From Marinicella sp. (GTDB taxonomy: Bacteria; Pseudomonadota; Gammaproteobacteria; Xanthomonadales; Marinicellaceae), in assembly GCA_965230295.1 (NCBI GenBank), contig OZ246001.1, positions 2,176,001 through 2,240,000 of the forward strand: DNA of 64,000 bases. The letters run 5' to 3'. The notes beneath the pieces were generated by a model. It was not told the DNA's origin and did not search any database. It worked only from the letters and a program-made list of their open reading frames with translations. This document shows positions 34,301 to 44,897 of the stretch, piece by piece (position 1 is the stretch's first letter; each line of letters begins with the position of its first letter). The translations under genes and the position numbers were made by a program.

Positions 34301-34441
34301 TTTGATGGTGAAGATGTGTACGAACTAGATAGCTTTGAAGATGGCGTATACACTCTAAACTGGAACGGTCCCACAGAATTGAACGAAAGACGACTGGCGT
34401 CACAATGGCGTGCTCAAGTTGGTTTCCGTTTAGATTGGTAA
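31310..34441 (+). CDS. Oar-type TonB-dependent receptor with N-terminal carboxypeptidase-regulatory-like domain
   Basis: AQETSASINGTIVD...GLRVGGPY, GVNNRFNNISIDG, INAITKSGTNEFTG, QPRFGFNYD, C-terminal QVGFRLDW. Confidence 0.93.
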   Translation: MRNMKQVKWMVAVLMIAVLPWGVTLAQETSASINGTIVDSNGNVLSGATVIVTHEPTGQVKTLTTNDSGRYSARGLRVGGPYNIEVRNSGYSDAEESNIFIKLGEDRKLNAVLVEDAIALDTVTAVGVAAQSATFNPDNMGSGSSFSQDQITNLPTVDRDIKDYVRLDSRVNLKDQGFDREGISVSGVNNRFNNISIDGVAIGDPFGLEAGGSPGLSQPFSLDTIQELNVQLSPYDVTLGNFTGANINAITKSGTNEFTGRVSGFYGNEDLQRDDADFTKEIYSVSVGGPIVKDKLFYFLSYEKEETTTLAPITDIDTSQVQQIADIALNTWGFDAGTFNPPSDLVTEEESVILKIDWNINDYHRASFKYQNNEDSQPVFPDFNRTRAALSSHWYSNNFENTSYNLNLYSDWTPNFSTEIRVSNTEFDKVPGLNARLPEVEIRGINVLDDDGSVDGTFGRVYLGTEEFRHANTLNAVTDNVYIEGEYFMGNHTLTFGVDWREQDLDNVFVFSSLGKYVFDNIEDFQNGIHDFYQYRIGSDPANPFPGADWAWNNTALFIQDNWTVNDRLTLQFGLRFDKPDTDDRPRFNQEFNDAFGFANNGVVSEGTLQPRFGFNYDMSDERYMQLRGGVGVFTGGTPNVWLSNSFTNTGGDVNVFRDFGTPGIFTPDPDNQPVFEGNATQDVDVLDPDFQIPTVLKSNIAVDAELPWFGLIGSVELEYIKAQDAVFFQHLNLGDPTGTAPDGRLSYLCDPNDFSNQRGDARCNNNGDFNDVLFLTNTSKGETKRATVSLELPQTEHWYAKASYTYTDATEVSAGTSSRAISNWNNTPAFNPNEALVATSAYEVENAFTFFVNYQNMFFGDNYTNIGLVWISQDGEPFSYTFDDTDFNGDGVDDNDLVYVPNPGEYALTLNGAPEGVTLDQWTAQFEAFLNSSGLGQYRGRVAARNAFKAPRVNTWDLNVSQELPAWGPVRATLFFNVKNLGNLLNSDWGKSFVGGFDGEDVYELDSFEDGVYTLNWNGPTELNERRLASQWRAQVGFRLDW

Positions 34442-34466
34442 TCAGTTAAGACATTGTCTTATTAAG

Positions 34467-34497
34467 AAAAGGGTGGCTTATAAGTCACCCTTTTTTT
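34467..34497 (+). terminator. Intrinsic terminator
   Basis: AAAAGGGTGGCTT-AT-AAGTCACCCTTTTTTT. Confidence 0.88.
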
Positions 34498-34549
34498 ATG
34501 CCAGCCTTTAAAATAATGCATGAATATTTAACCAAAACCGGAAAGTCCC

Positions 34550-35791
34550 ATGAGCTTATTTGATTTGATTTCAATCCTGTTGTCTCTGGCAGCCTTGTTT
34601 GCCTATTTCAACCACCGATTCATCGGGCTGCCCAATGGCATTGGCATCATGATGATTGGCCTGTTGATGTCGTTGTTCTTGGTGTTGTTGCATAAGTTAG
34701 GTTGGGTGCAAAGTCGAATTGTCGAAGAAACATTTGCACAAATTGATTTTGATGACACCGTGATGAATGGCATGTTGAGCTTTTTGTTGTTTGCTGGTGC
34801 TTTGCATGTCAACATCAACCGCTTGGCAGCAATGAAAGACACCATCGCGACCTTGGCCACCTTGGGTGTGATCATGTCTTCGATCATTGTCAGTGTGGCG
34901 AGTTTTTATATATTTCTATTGTTCGATATCAACATCCCTTATATCTATTGTCTGGTGTTTGGAGTCTTGATCTCTCCGACTGATCCTATAGCCGTAATGG
35001 GAATTTTAAAAAAGGTGGGTGCGCCAAAATCCATAGAAGTCAAAATAACCGGTGAATCATTGTTCAATGACGGTATAGCCGTGGTTTTATTCATTGCCGT
35101 TTTGGGCGTGGCCACGGGTCAATCTGAAGCCACAGTTTCAGGCATAGGTCTGTTGTTTCTACAAGAGGCAGTTGGTGGGGCTGTTTTTGGTTTCTTGCTG
35201 GGATTTGTTGGGTATTGGATGCTTAAGTCGATTGACTCGTATCAAGTTGAGGTTTTGATCACCATGGCCATGGTAACTGGCGGATATGCACTGGCCCAGA
35301 AATTGCATTTGTCTGGCCCAATAGCCATTGTTATTGCAGGCTTAATGATCGGTAATCAAGGTCGGTTGTTGGCCATGAGTGACACCACTCGTGAACGTTT
35401 GGATAATTTTTGGGAATTGGTTGATGAGGTGCTCAATGCTGTATTGTTCTTGTTGATAGGTATTGAAATACTGTTGATCCAATTCTTACCTAATTACATA
35501 TACAGTGCGTTGTTAATCATTCCATTGGTACTCATGGCGAGGTTCGTCAGTGTGGGCTTGCCAGTCACGCTGTTGCGTTTTAAGAACACCTATTCTCCCC
35601 ATGCCATAAAAATCCTCACATGGGGCGGATTGCGGGGTGGTATATCGGTGGCCTTGGTGTTGTCCTTACCACCAGGTCCCTATCGAGAACCTTTGATCGC
35701 TGCCACATATGCGGTGGTGTTGTTCAGTATTTTGGTACAAGGTTTGACTGTAGGAAAAGTGGCAGCAATGGCAAAAACAGAGAATGATTAG
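34550..35791 (+). CDS. Na+/H+ antiporter (CPA1, NhaP-like)
   Basis: LLFAGALH, ISPTDPIAV, ITGESLFNDG, WGGLRGGISVAL. Confidence 0.93.
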   Translation: MSLFDLISILLSLAALFAYFNHRFIGLPNGIGIMMIGLLMSLFLVLLHKLGWVQSRIVEETFAQIDFDDTVMNGMLSFLLFAGALHVNINRLAAMKDTIATLATLGVIMSSIIVSVASFYIFLLFDINIPYIYCLVFGVLISPTDPIAVMGILKKVGAPKSIEVKITGESLFNDGIAVVLFIAVLGVATGQSEATVSGIGLLFLQEAVGGAVFGFLLGFVGYWMLKSIDSYQVEVLITMAMVTGGYALAQKLHLSGPIAIVIAGLMIGNQGRLLAMSDTTRERLDNFWELVDEVLNAVLFLLIGIEILLIQFLPNYIYSALLIIPLVLMARFVSVGLPVTLLRFKNTYSPHAIKILTWGGLRGGISVALVLSLPPGPYREPLIAATYAVVLFSILVQGLTVGKVAAMAKTEND

Positions 35792-35841
35792 AAGATATAT
35801 TTTTTATAAATAAACTAATTTTCCTGGCTGAGTAATAACAG

Positions 35842-35869
35842 TTGCAAAAACAAAAATACATAGTACAAT
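35842..35869 (+). promoter_or_regulatory. Putative sigma70 promoter of the tRNA-fMet-rimP-nusA operon
   Basis: TTGCAA-16 bp-TACAAT, 15 nt upstream of the tRNA. Confidence 0.6.
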
Positions 35870-35884
35870 ATGCCATCTTGATGA

Positions 35885-35961
<77 letters not shown>

Positions 35962-35995
35962 ATTGATTGATCGACAGTATAACGATCAAACAGTC

Positions 35996-36018
35996 AGGCT
36001 CCAAGTGGAGCCTTTTTT
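35996..36018 (+). terminator. Intrinsic terminator between tRNA and rimP
   Basis: AGGCTCCA-AG-TGGAGCCT-TTTTT. Confidence 0.8.
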
Positions 36019-36112
36019 GTTGCTGAAATTCATTGATTGGTGAGGCGACAATCCTGTCTGCATTTCACCTTCCTGAATTCATCACAACACAACAAACACA
36101 GTAGTAAAGTTG

Positions 36113-36577
36113 ATGAAAGAAAAACTGTTATCAGAACTGATTTCACCCGTGATTGAAGACATGGGCTTTGTTTTTTGGGGCCTGGAATACATGCCACAAA
36201 AAAACAATGCCATCTTGCGGGTTTACATTGACCATGAAAACGGGGTTAATGTGAACGACTGTGCCAACTGTAGTCACGAAATATCTGGTCTTCTGGAAGT
36301 GGAAGATCCCATCAACGGTGCTTATGTTCTTGAGGTGTCTTCTCCAGGGCTGGATCGGGTGTTGTTCACTGTTGATCAATTTAAAAATTATGTGGGTGAG
36401 TTTGTTCAAGTTAAATTGGCTCAACCCGTTTCAGGTGCCAGAAACATCAAAGGCACCATTAAATCAGTTAGTGACGATGAAATCATCGTTGCCAACGAAG
36501 TCACAGAGTATGGCTTTGAACTAACCAATGTAATGAAAGCTCGGTTGAAACCAACGATAGCTGGAGTGAAAAAATGA
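36113..36577 (+). CDS. rimP: Ribosome maturation factor RimP
   Basis: LRVYID..GV...DC, YVLEVSSPGLDR. Confidence 0.96.
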   Translation: MKEKLLSELISPVIEDMGFVFWGLEYMPQKNNAILRVYIDHENGVNVNDCANCSHEISGLLEVEDPINGAYVLEVSSPGLDRVLFTVDQFKNYVGEFVQVKLAQPVSGARNIKGTIKSVSDDEIIVANEVTEYGFELTNVMKARLKPTIAGVKK

Positions 36578-38055
36578 GTAGAGAAATCCTGTATGTTGCA
36601 GAGGCTTTGTCCAACGAGAAAGGCGTCAGTCGCGACGTGATTTTTGAGGCCATTGAATTGGCCCTGGCATCAGCCACCCGCAAGAAACACATGAAAGACA
36701 TGGATGTGCGGGTAGATATTGATCGCACCACTGGTGAATATGACAGCTACCGTCGATGGACTGTGGTTGAAGATGAAGAGTTCGAGTCAGAAGATCGAGA
36801 GCTCACTTTGGAACAAGCCCACAAAGAAGACCCGGAGTTGGTCATTGGTGATGTCATCGAAGAACAAATGGAATCGGTAGAATTTGGCCGGATTGCAGCT
36901 CAAACTGCCAAGCAAGTGATTTTACAAAAAGTCCGTGAAGCCGAACGTGAACAAGTGGTTGAAATGTATGAAGACCGCATTGGTGAAGTGCTCTCAGGTA
37001 TCGTTAAGCGAGTGGAACGTGGCCATGTGTTTATTGATGTGGGCGGTGGTGTTGAAGCCATTGTGCCTCGTGAATATGGCATTCCTCGTGAAAAAGTAAA
37101 ACGCGGTGATCGACTGAAAGGCCTGTTGGTTGAAGTCAACCGGTTGAACAGGGGTCCGATCCTGACCTTGTCGAGAAAATCACCTGAATTCATGATTGAA
37201 TTATTCAAGGTAGAAGTGCCGGAAATATCACAAGGTTTTTTGGAAATCAAAGGAGCTGCACGTGATCCAGGCCATCGCGCTAAAATAGCGGTGTTTTCAC
37301 ATGATCGTAAATTAGATCCCATCGGTGCATGTGTAGGCATGCGAGGCTCTCGAGTGATGTCAGTAGCCAATGAGTTGGGTGGTGAAAGAATTGATATCAT
37401 TTTATGGGATGAAAATACAGCACAATTCATGATCAATGCCATGTCACCGGCTGAAATTGAGTCCATTGTGGTTGATGAAGAAAAGAACACCATTGATGTG
37501 GCCGTGGCTGAAGCACAGTTGTCACAAGCCATTGGGCGTGGTGGGCAGAATGTGAGGTTGGCCAGTGAGTTGACTGGATGGGAAATCAATGTGTTGACCA
37601 CAGCCCAGGCTGAAGAGAAGAATGAAGCTGAAGCCATGGAATTCGTGAAGGAGTATGAGGAGAAACTGGACGTCGATGAAGACATGGCGATCATGTTGGT
37701 TCAGGAAGGTTTTTCTTCGATAGAAGAAATTGCCTATGTTGATGAATCTGAGTTACTTAATATCGATGGATTCGATGAGGACTTGGTTGAAGAGCTCAGG
37801 GGTCGAGCTCGAGACGCGTTGTTAACTCAAATGATTGCCAACGAAGAAAAGTTAGAAGACAAAAAACCTGCTGAAGACATGTTGGGTTTAGAGTTGATGA
37901 ATGATAAATTAGCCTATGTGTTGGCTGATAAAGGTATCAGAACCAGAGATGACTTGGCCGATTTGGCCACAGATGAGTTGCTGGAGTTGGTGGACATGGA
38001 AGAAGCTGCTGCTTCAGACTTGATCATGGAAGCCAGAAAACATTGGTTCGAATAA
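36574..38055 (+). CDS. nusA: Transcription termination/antitermination factor NusA
   Basis: [56 protein letters not shown]. Confidence 0.98.
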   Translation: MSREILYVAEALSNEKGVSRDVIFEAIELALASATRKKHMKDMDVRVDIDRTTGEYDSYRRWTVVEDEEFESEDRELTLEQAHKEDPELVIGDVIEEQMESVEFGRIAAQTAKQVILQKVREAEREQVVEMYEDRIGEVLSGIVKRVERGHVFIDVGGGVEAIVPREYGIPREKVKRGDRLKGLLVEVNRLNRGPILTLSRKSPEFMIELFKVEVPEISQGFLEIKGAARDPGHRAKIAVFSHDRKLDPIGACVGMRGSRVMSVANELGGERIDIILWDENTAQFMINAMSPAEIESIVVDEEKNTIDVAVAEAQLSQAIGRGGQNVRLASELTGWEINVLTTAQAEEKNEAEAMEFVKEYEEKLDVDEDMAIMLVQEGFSSIEEIAYVDESELLNIDGFDEDLVEELRGRARDALLTQMIANEEKLEDKKPAEDMLGLELMNDKLAYVLADKGIRTRDDLADLATDELLELVDMEEAAASDLIMEARKHWFE

Positions 38056-38071
38056 AAAACAACAGGAGACG

Positions 38072-40792
38072 ATGATGTCTGATGTGACAGTAAAACAATT
38101 GGCTGGGGTGCTGGGAATCTCTACAGAAAAACTGATGGAGCAATTAGACAGTGCGGGCATCCCTGCAAAGTCTGAAGATGATGCCATCAGCAATGAATCA
38201 AAAGTAAAACTTTTGGAATTCCTGCGCGGCTCACATGGCAAAGAAAAGAAAAGCCTGTCTCCACGCAAAAAAGTCGTGCTGAAAAGAAAATCTAAAGAAG
38301 TGCTGCGGGTTGCCAGCGCTGGTAGTGGTCCTGCCAAAACCAAAAGCATCAACATCGAAGTTAAAAAGAAAAAGTTGACTGCGGGTCCAAGCCAAAAAGA
38401 AATGGCTGAGATCGAACAAGAAAGGCAGGCTGCCCAACAGGCTTTGGATGAAAGGAAACAACAACTTGAGGCTGAGGAGAAAGCCAAGCAAGCGGCAGAA
38501 GAAGCCTTACTGTCACAACAGAAAGAAGAACAAAGGGTGGCTGAAGAAGCGGCCGCTAAAGCCAAAGAAGTTGAAGAACAAGAACGGTTGGCATTAGAAA
38601 AAGAACAAGAAGAAATGCGCCGTCAAGATGAAGCGCAAAGTAAATTTGAAGCTGAATTGGAGCAAACTGGCAAAAGTTCGGAGCCAGAACAAGCCGAAGC
38701 TGAAACACCAGCAGAGCCTGCAGAAGAAGTTCTGGATGAAGAAGCTGAGAAGAAAAAACGCCATGATGATTTGGTCAATCAACAGGTGCAAAAGGCCATT
38801 ACTGAACGAGCCAACCGCAAGAAAAGGGAGCAAAGTGGCAATGCCGGTGCTGGTGCCGGAGCAGGGAACAAAGGTAAAGGTAAAGGCGATAAAAGGTCAA
38901 ATACCCGATACGGCCGCAAACAACTGCATGTCCAAGGTGGATCTCATGGACGTGGTGAGCGCAAAGCCATGCGACCAGTCTCAGCCAGTAAAGGCGAACA
39001 TGGTTTCCAATTACCAGCTGCCCCGGTCGTTAAAACAGTGGCGATTCCTGAAAACATCACCGTTTCGGATTTGGCCAAAGAATTGTCAATCAAAGCCAGT
39101 GACATCATCAAAGTATTGATGAAGATGGGCATGATGGTCACTATCAACCAACCATTGGATCAGGACACAGCCATTTTGGTTGTTGAAGAATTGGGCCATG
39201 TTGCAGAAGAAGCCGTGGTTCAATCAAAAGCAGAAAAACTCAAAGAAGAATCTGCCAAATCTGTTGACACTGAAAATGCAGAAATTCGTCCACCAGTGGT
39301 GACAGTGATGGGACACGTGGATCATGGTAAAACGTCCTTATTGGACTACATCAGAAACACCAAAGTCACTGACAAAGAAGCCGGTGGTATTACCCAACAC
39401 ATCGGTGCTTACCATGTGGAAACGGACAAAGGTGTCATTTCATTCATTGATACCCCAGGCCATGCTGCGTTTACGGCCATGCGTGCCCGTGGTGCACAAG
39501 TCACTGACATTGTGATTTTGGTGGTGGCAGCCAATGATGGTGTGATGCCACAAACCAAAGAAGGTATCGAGCATGCCAAAGCAGCCGGAGTGCCTTTGAT
39601 CGTTGCTGTTAACAAAGTGGACTTGGCAGAAGCCAATGTTGAAAAAGTTAAACAAGATTTAGCCAGTTATGAAGTGGTGCCTGAAGATTGGGGCGGCGAT
39701 GTCCAATTCATTGAAGTCTCTGCCATCACAGGTCAGGGTATTGATGATTTATTGGATGCCATCTCACTACAAGCAGAAGTGATGGAGCTCAAAGCCGTTA
39801 AAGATTCGAGCGCTGCAGGCATTGTGGTTGAGTCTTCTCTGGATAAAGGACGTGGCCCGGTAGCCACCGTATTGGTTAAGAGTGGAACCTTGAAAAAAGG
39901 CGACATGATCCTGTGTGGTGAACAATTTGGTCGCATCAGAAGTTTGATCGATGAAAATGGCAAAGAAATCAACACCGCCGGTCCTTCAATACCCGCCGTG
40001 GTATTGGGCTTGTCAGGAGTGCCGATTGCCGGTGATGAATTCCTGGTGGTCAAAAACAAAAAACATGCCAGAGAGGCCGCTCAAGAACACCGTGAACAAG
40101 AACGTGAGACCCGACTGAAACGTCAACAAGCGGCCAAGCTTGAAAATTTGATGTCACAAATGGGCAAAGAAGAAAAACTATCTGTTAATTTGTTGGTCAA
40201 GGCTGATGTACAAGGTTCAGTTGAAGCTTTGCGAGAGTCACTGGAAAGAATTTCTAATGAAGACGTTGATGTCAAAGTCATCTCATCCGGTGTGGGTGGC
40301 ATCACCAATGCCGATGCCCAACTGGCAGCAGCATCAAGTGCGATCATCATTGGCTTCAACGTACGTGCCGACAAAGCAGCGCGTGAATTCATCAAAGAAA
40401 GTGATTTGGATCTTCACTACTTCAGCATCATTTATGAAGCGATCGACCAAGTGAAACAGTCGGTTACTGGTATTTTGGGTACTGAAGTCAAAGAAGAAAT
40501 CATTGGTATCGCTGATGTCAGGGATGTGTTCAGATCTTCTAAATTCGGCACCATTGCCGGTTGTTTGGTATCAGAAGGTGTGGTTCGACGTGACAATCCA
40601 ATACGCGTTTTGCGAGACAATGTGGTTATCTTCGAAGGTGAACTGGAATCACTGCGTCGTCACAAAGACGATGTCAAAGAAGTTAAGTCTGGTACTGAGT
40701 GTGGTATTGGTGTAAAACAATACAATGACGTTCAACCTGGTGATCAAATTGAATGTTATGAACGCATCGAAGTCCAAAGAACTTTGGATTGA
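38072..40792 (+). CDS. infB: Translation initiation factor IF-2
   Basis: [42 protein letters not shown]. Confidence 0.99.
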   Translation: MMSDVTVKQLAGVLGISTEKLMEQLDSAGIPAKSEDDAISNESKVKLLEFLRGSHGKEKKSLSPRKKVVLKRKSKEVLRVASAGSGPAKTKSINIEVKKKKLTAGPSQKEMAEIEQERQAAQQALDERKQQLEAEEKAKQAAEEALLSQQKEEQRVAEEAAAKAKEVEEQERLALEKEQEEMRRQDEAQSKFEAELEQTGKSSEPEQAEAETPAEPAEEVLDEEAEKKKRHDDLVNQQVQKAITERANRKKREQSGNAGAGAGAGNKGKGKGDKRSNTRYGRKQLHVQGGSHGRGERKAMRPVSASKGEHGFQLPAAPVVKTVAIPENITVSDLAKELSIKASDIIKVLMKMGMMVTINQPLDQDTAILVVEELGHVAEEAVVQSKAEKLKEESAKSVDTENAEIRPPVVTVMGHVDHGKTSLLDYIRNTKVTDKEAGGITQHIGAYHVETDKGVISFIDTPGHAAFTAMRARGAQVTDIVILVVAANDGVMPQTKEGIEHAKAAGVPLIVAVNKVDLAEANVEKVKQDLASYEVVPEDWGGDVQFIEVSAITGQGIDDLLDAISLQAEVMELKAVKDSSAAGIVVESSLDKGRGPVATVLVKSGTLKKGDMILCGEQFGRIRSLIDENGKEINTAGPSIPAVVLGLSGVPIAGDEFLVVKNKKHAREAAQEHREQERETRLKRQQAAKLENLMSQMGKEEKLSVNLLVKADVQGSVEALRESLERISNEDVDVKVISSGVGGITNADAQLAAASSAIIIGFNVRADKAAREFIKESDLDLHYFSIIYEAIDQVKQSVTGILGTEVKEEIIGIADVRDVFRSSKFGTIAGCLVSEGVVRRDNPIRVLRDNVVIFEGELESLRRHKDDVKEVKSGTECGIGVKQYNDVQPGDQIECYERIEVQRTLD

Positions 40793-40816
40793 TTGAGTCA
40801 GTACAGGTTTAGAATT

Positions 40817-41194
40817 ATGGGACACAGAGATTTTAAAAGGAGCGACCGGGTGGCTGCACATTTGCGCCGCACCCTGGCCACAGCCATTCATCAGAATTTA
40901 CCAGATGAAGACACCTCCTTTATCACCATTTCAGATGTTGAAGTGACTCGCGATTTATCGGTGGCGACAGTTTATATCAACACCTTGGATCCATCACAAG
41001 AGAAGTTAGCCGTTCAAACCCTCAGTTTGAATGCCAAACAACTGAGAAGGGTCATGGCTCAACAATTGAACACCCGAAAAGTACCGGAGCTGCGTTTTAA
41101 GTACGATGCCTCTTTGGAGTATGGTCGCAAACTGGAACATTTGATTCAAAAAGCCCGGGCCACTGATCCCAATCTGACCGAAGAAGACTTGTAA
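40817..41194 (+). CDS. rbfA: Ribosome-binding factor A
   Basis: RSDRVA, ITISDVEVTRDLSVATVY, RKVPELRFKYD. Confidence 0.95.
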   Translation: MGHRDFKRSDRVAAHLRRTLATAIHQNLPDEDTSFITISDVEVTRDLSVATVYINTLDPSQEKLAVQTLSLNAKQLRRVMAQQLNTRKVPELRFKYDASLEYGRKLEHLIQKARATDPNLTEEDL

Positions 41195-41205
41195 GTTCAT
41201 GTCAA

Positions 41206-42144
41206 ATGGCTAACCACACATCAGCCAAGCGCAAGTACCCGGATTTACATGGCATCATTTTGCTGAATAAGCCCAAGGGCATCAGTTCAAACCTGGCCTT
41301 ACAAAAACTCAGGCACTTGGTCAAAGCCAAAAAAGCCGGACACACCGGAAACCTGGATCCGATGGCCACTGGTTTGTTGCCTTGTTGCTTTGGCGATGCC
41401 ACCAAAGTAGCCCACCTGTTGATCAATTCAGACAAGACCTACATCGCCCGCTGTGTGCTGGGCAGTCAAACCGATACCGGTGATGCCACTGGTGAAGTGA
41501 TCAAAACCCATGAATTGACACAAGTTTCTGATGAACAGGTTGAACAAGCCTGCGCCCAGCTGACAGGTGAGATTGAGCAAATTCCGCCGATGTACTCAGC
41601 CCTGCATCACAAAGGGCAGCGTTTGTATGACTTGGCCCGACAAGGCAAAACCGTAGAGCGGCCAGCCAGACCCGTCAGCATCCACCAGTTCAAGTTATTG
41701 GCAAACCATGCAGATTATATTGATTTTGAAATCAAGGTTTCGAAAGGCACATACATCAGGACACTGCTGGAAGATTTTGCCAGGCAGCTGGGTACTGTTG
41801 GGCACATGTCGGCACTACACCGCACCCAAACAGGCATTTTTTCAGGTGAAGACATGCTGACACTGGAACAAATTGCAGGCAGTCCTGATTTGGGCGGTAT
41901 TTTGATGCCGATGCAAAAGGCATTGATCGAATACCCCCAGCTGAACTTAACCCAGCAACAAACGCAGGATTTAATCCACGGTAAGCAAGTACAAATTACC
42001 GCCACAGAAGGTACTTATCAGATGCTTGATGAGGGTGGTTTTTTTATGGGCATAGGCTTGGTAAAAGGCAAACAATTACGGGTTAAAAACATTTACATGA
42101 AGTCTTATTTGCAAAGTCGTCAATTAAGCACTGATAATGCCTGA
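41206..42144 (+). CDS. truB: tRNA pseudouridine-55 synthase
   Basis: LNKPKGISSN, KAGHTGNLDPMATG, QIPPMYSAL, SKGTYIRTL. Confidence 0.97.
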   Translation: MANHTSAKRKYPDLHGIILLNKPKGISSNLALQKLRHLVKAKKAGHTGNLDPMATGLLPCCFGDATKVAHLLINSDKTYIARCVLGSQTDTGDATGEVIKTHELTQVSDEQVEQACAQLTGEIEQIPPMYSALHHKGQRLYDLARQGKTVERPARPVSIHQFKLLANHADYIDFEIKVSKGTYIRTLLEDFARQLGTVGHMSALHRTQTGIFSGEDMLTLEQIAGSPDLGGILMPMQKALIEYPQLNLTQQQTQDLIHGKQVQITATEGTYQMLDEGGFFMGIGLVKGKQLRVKNIYMKSYLQSRQLSTDNA

Positions 42145-42287
42145 ATAACGTTGATAATCCTTGTTTTTGTGGTTTTTAGCATTTAGAATACGCCCCACAT
42201 CTGAATGGCGCGACACGTCTGACGCCCATCCGGTATTTTTAACGGGCTTTATCCATCAAAAATGGGGCCCCTTCAACGAGAGCAATT

Positions 42288-42554
42288 ATGATTACAGTTG
42301 AACAAAGACAACAAATCATCAGTGATTACAAAACCAGTGACAACGACACCGGTTCACCTGAAGTGCAAGTGGCGTTATTGACAGCCCGCATCACGAATTT
42401 AACTGAGCATTTCAAAACCCATAAAAAAGACAAACATTCAAGACGTGGTTTGATCAAACTGATTAACCAACGTCGTAAATTATTGGCTTACACCAAGCGC
42501 AAAGACACTGCCAGGTATCAAGACCTGATCAAGCGTCTGGGCCTAAGAAGATAA
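42288..42554 (+). CDS. rpsO: 30S ribosomal protein S15
   Basis: [29 protein letters not shown]. Confidence 0.99.
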   Translation: MITVEQRQQIISDYKTSDNDTGSPEVQVALLTARITNLTEHFKTHKKDKHSRRGLIKLINQRRKLLAYTKRKDTARYQDLIKRLGLRR

Positions 42555-42567
42555 GACGTAAGTCATT

Positions 42568-42593
42568 AAAAACCCGCATTGGCGGGTTTTTTT
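42568..42593 (+). terminator. rpsO intrinsic terminator
   Basis: AAAAACCCGC-ATTG-GCGGGTTTTTTT. Confidence 0.9.
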
Positions 42594-42671
42594 ATACCTG
42601 CTTGTTCATAGGGAACAGGTAGTCGGTAAGAAGAGAAAATAACAGACCAAAGTTAGGTCAGGAAAATATAA

Positions 42672-44771
42672 GTGAAAAAACAAGTAAAACAATTTCAATA
42701 CGGCAATCATACAGTTACATTAGAAACAGGACAAATTGCCAGACAAGCCACCGGTGCCGTTAAAGTATCGATGGGCGACACCATGTTGTTGGTGACTGTG
42801 GTTGGTAAAAAAGAAGCCAAGCCAGATGCCAGTTTCTTTCCATTAACTGTTAACTACCAAGAAAAATTCTATGCTGCAGGCGCCATTCCAGGCGGCTTTT
42901 TCAAGCGTGAAGGCAGACCCACTGAGAAAGAAACTTTGATTTGTCGATTGATTGATCGTCCAATCAGACCCCTGTTTCCTAAAGGCTTTAAAAATGAAGT
43001 CCAGGTGATTGCGACAGTGATGTCATTCAGTAAAGAAATTGATGCTGACATTCCAGCCTTGTTGGGTGCTTCAGCAGCATTGGCTCTTTCAGGCATTCCG
43101 TTTGATGGCCCAATTGGCGCTGCCAGAATTGGTTATGCTGATGGTGAGTATTTGTTGAATCCTTCATTGGAACAACTGGAAACATCAAAATTAGATCTGG
43201 TTGTGGCAGGTACAGATAAAGCCGTGTTGATGGTTGAATCTGAAGCTGACTTACTCAGCGAAGATGTGATGTTAGGTGCGGTAAACTACGGGCATGAGCA
43301 AATGCAAGTGGCCATTGATGCGATCAAAGAGTTCGCTGCAGAACACGGTAAGCCTCGTTGGGACTGGGAAGTTGAGGCCGTCAACGAAGAGTTGCTCAAT
43401 GCCATCAACAGCAACTTTGGTGCTGACATCGAAGCAGCTTTTGCCAATCAAGTGAAAGAAGACCGTTATGCTGCTTTGGATGAAATGCGATCTAAAGTCA
43501 TGGCTCATTTCTGTCCTGAAGACGAAGCAGAGCCTCAACATGACGCCAAAGAAGTGGCTGGTTTGATCAGCAAGTTAGAAAAAGATCATGTGCGCAACAA
43601 AATCATTTCAGGTTCACCTCGAATTGATGGTCGTGATCCCACGCAGGTTCGTCCGATTTCTGTTGAAGTGGGCATCTTGCCCAGGGTTCATGGTTCAGCA
43701 TTGTTTACCCGTGGTGAGACCCAAGCCATTGTGGCCACCACCTTGGGTACTGGACGCGATGCCCAATTGATTGATGGCATCGAAGGCGAGTCAAAAGACG
43801 ACTTCATGTTCCATTATAATTTCCCGCCATTCTGTGTGGGTGAAGCTGGGTTCATGAGTGGTCCTAAGCGACGCGAAATTGGTCATGGTCGATTGGCCAA
43901 GCGTGGTTTGATGGCCGTGGTACCCAATGAAGAAGAATTCCCATATGTGAAGCGCATCGTCTCTGAAATCACTGAATCAAACGGCTCAAGTTCAATGGCA
44001 TCTGTTTGTGGTTCATCATTGTCTATGATGGATGCAGGTATACCATTGAAAGAGCCAGTGGCTGGTATTGCCATGGGCTTGATCAAAGAAGGTGATGATT
44101 TTGCGGTTTTGTCTGACATCTTGGGTGATGAAGATCACTTGGGTGATATGGACTTTAAAGTGGCGGGTACCGAAGGTGCCATCACTGCTTTACAGATGGA
44201 CATCAAAATTCAAGGCATCACCCGTGAAATCATGGAGATTGCTTTGCGTCAAGCGACAGCAGGTCGTCAATTCATCCTGGGAGAAATGAACAAAGTCATT
44301 TCAACGCCACGTGAAGAAATGTCTGCATACGCACCGCGGTTGGAAACCATCAAAGTTAATCCGGACAAGATTCGTGACATCATCGGTAAAGGCGGAGCCA
44401 CCATTCGTGCTTTGACCGAAGAGACCAACACCACCATCGACATCAACGATGACGGCACAGTGACCATTGCTTCGATCAATCAAGAAGATGGTGATTTGGC
44501 CAAAAAACGCATTGAAGATTTGACTGCAGAAGTTGAAGTTGGTGCGACTTACGAAGGTAAAGTGGTTAAGATCATGGACTTTGGTGCCTTTGTTAACTTG
44601 TTGCCAGGCCAAGACGGCATGGTACACATCTCTGAGATTTGTCATGAGCGTGTTGCTAAGGTCACTGACAAAATCAAAGAAGGTGAAACGGTTAAGGTTA
44701 AAGTACTTGAAGTGGATAAACAAGGCCGTGTGCGTTTGTCAATGAAGGCATTGGAACCAAAGCCTGAGTAA
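42672..44771 (+). CDS. pnp: Polyribonucleotide nucleotidyltransferase
   Basis: [42 protein letters not shown] and S1 domains. Confidence 0.99.
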   Translation: MKKQVKQFQYGNHTVTLETGQIARQATGAVKVSMGDTMLLVTVVGKKEAKPDASFFPLTVNYQEKFYAAGAIPGGFFKREGRPTEKETLICRLIDRPIRPLFPKGFKNEVQVIATVMSFSKEIDADIPALLGASAALALSGIPFDGPIGAARIGYADGEYLLNPSLEQLETSKLDLVVAGTDKAVLMVESEADLLSEDVMLGAVNYGHEQMQVAIDAIKEFAAEHGKPRWDWEVEAVNEELLNAINSNFGADIEAAFANQVKEDRYAALDEMRSKVMAHFCPEDEAEPQHDAKEVAGLISKLEKDHVRNKIISGSPRIDGRDPTQVRPISVEVGILPRVHGSALFTRGETQAIVATTLGTGRDAQLIDGIEGESKDDFMFHYNFPPFCVGEAGFMSGPKRREIGHGRLAKRGLMAVVPNEEEFPYVKRIVSEITESNGSSSMASVCGSSLSMMDAGIPLKEPVAGIAMGLIKEGDDFAVLSDILGDEDHLGDMDFKVAGTEGAITALQMDIKIQGITREIMEIALRQATAGRQFILGEMNKVISTPREEMSAYAPRLETIKVNPDKIRDIIGKGGATIRALTEETNTTIDINDDGTVTIASINQEDGDLAKKRIEDLTAEVEVGATYEGKVVKIMDFGAFVNLLPGQDGMVHISEICHERVAKVTDKIKEGETVKVKVLEVDKQGRVRLSMKALEPKPE

Positions 44772-44792
44772 AGCTTAATCAAGTCAGGAATG

Positions 44793-44822
44793 AAAAAGCC
44801 CGCATCAAGCGGGCTTTTTTTT
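44793..44822. terminator. Bidirectional intrinsic terminator after pnp
   Basis: AAAAAGCCCGC-ATCAA-GCGGGCTTTTTTTT. Confidence 0.9.
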
Positions 44823-44897
44823 CGCCAAAATTGCTTAATGGCATCATTCCATGAAAATCAATAAGTTAAAGCACCCAATGTACTGATGAACGGTAAA

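Noticed and set aside
36039-36069. Hairpin GGTGA-GGC-GACA-ATCC-TGTC-TGC-ATT-TCACC upstream of rimP as another GGA cassette
   Set aside because: It has no sequence similarity to the 48-nt cassette and is more simply an ordinary rimP leader or RNase processing structure.
36900-37694. 264-aa minus-strand ORF and similar long antisense ORFs (38014-38565, 52651-53172, 61907-62368)
   Set aside because: These are shadow frames of conserved genes (nusA, infB and others) with no independent motif.
38840-38890. Low-complexity [14 protein letters not shown] coding repeat
   Set aside because: Normal variable linker in the IF-2 N-terminal region.
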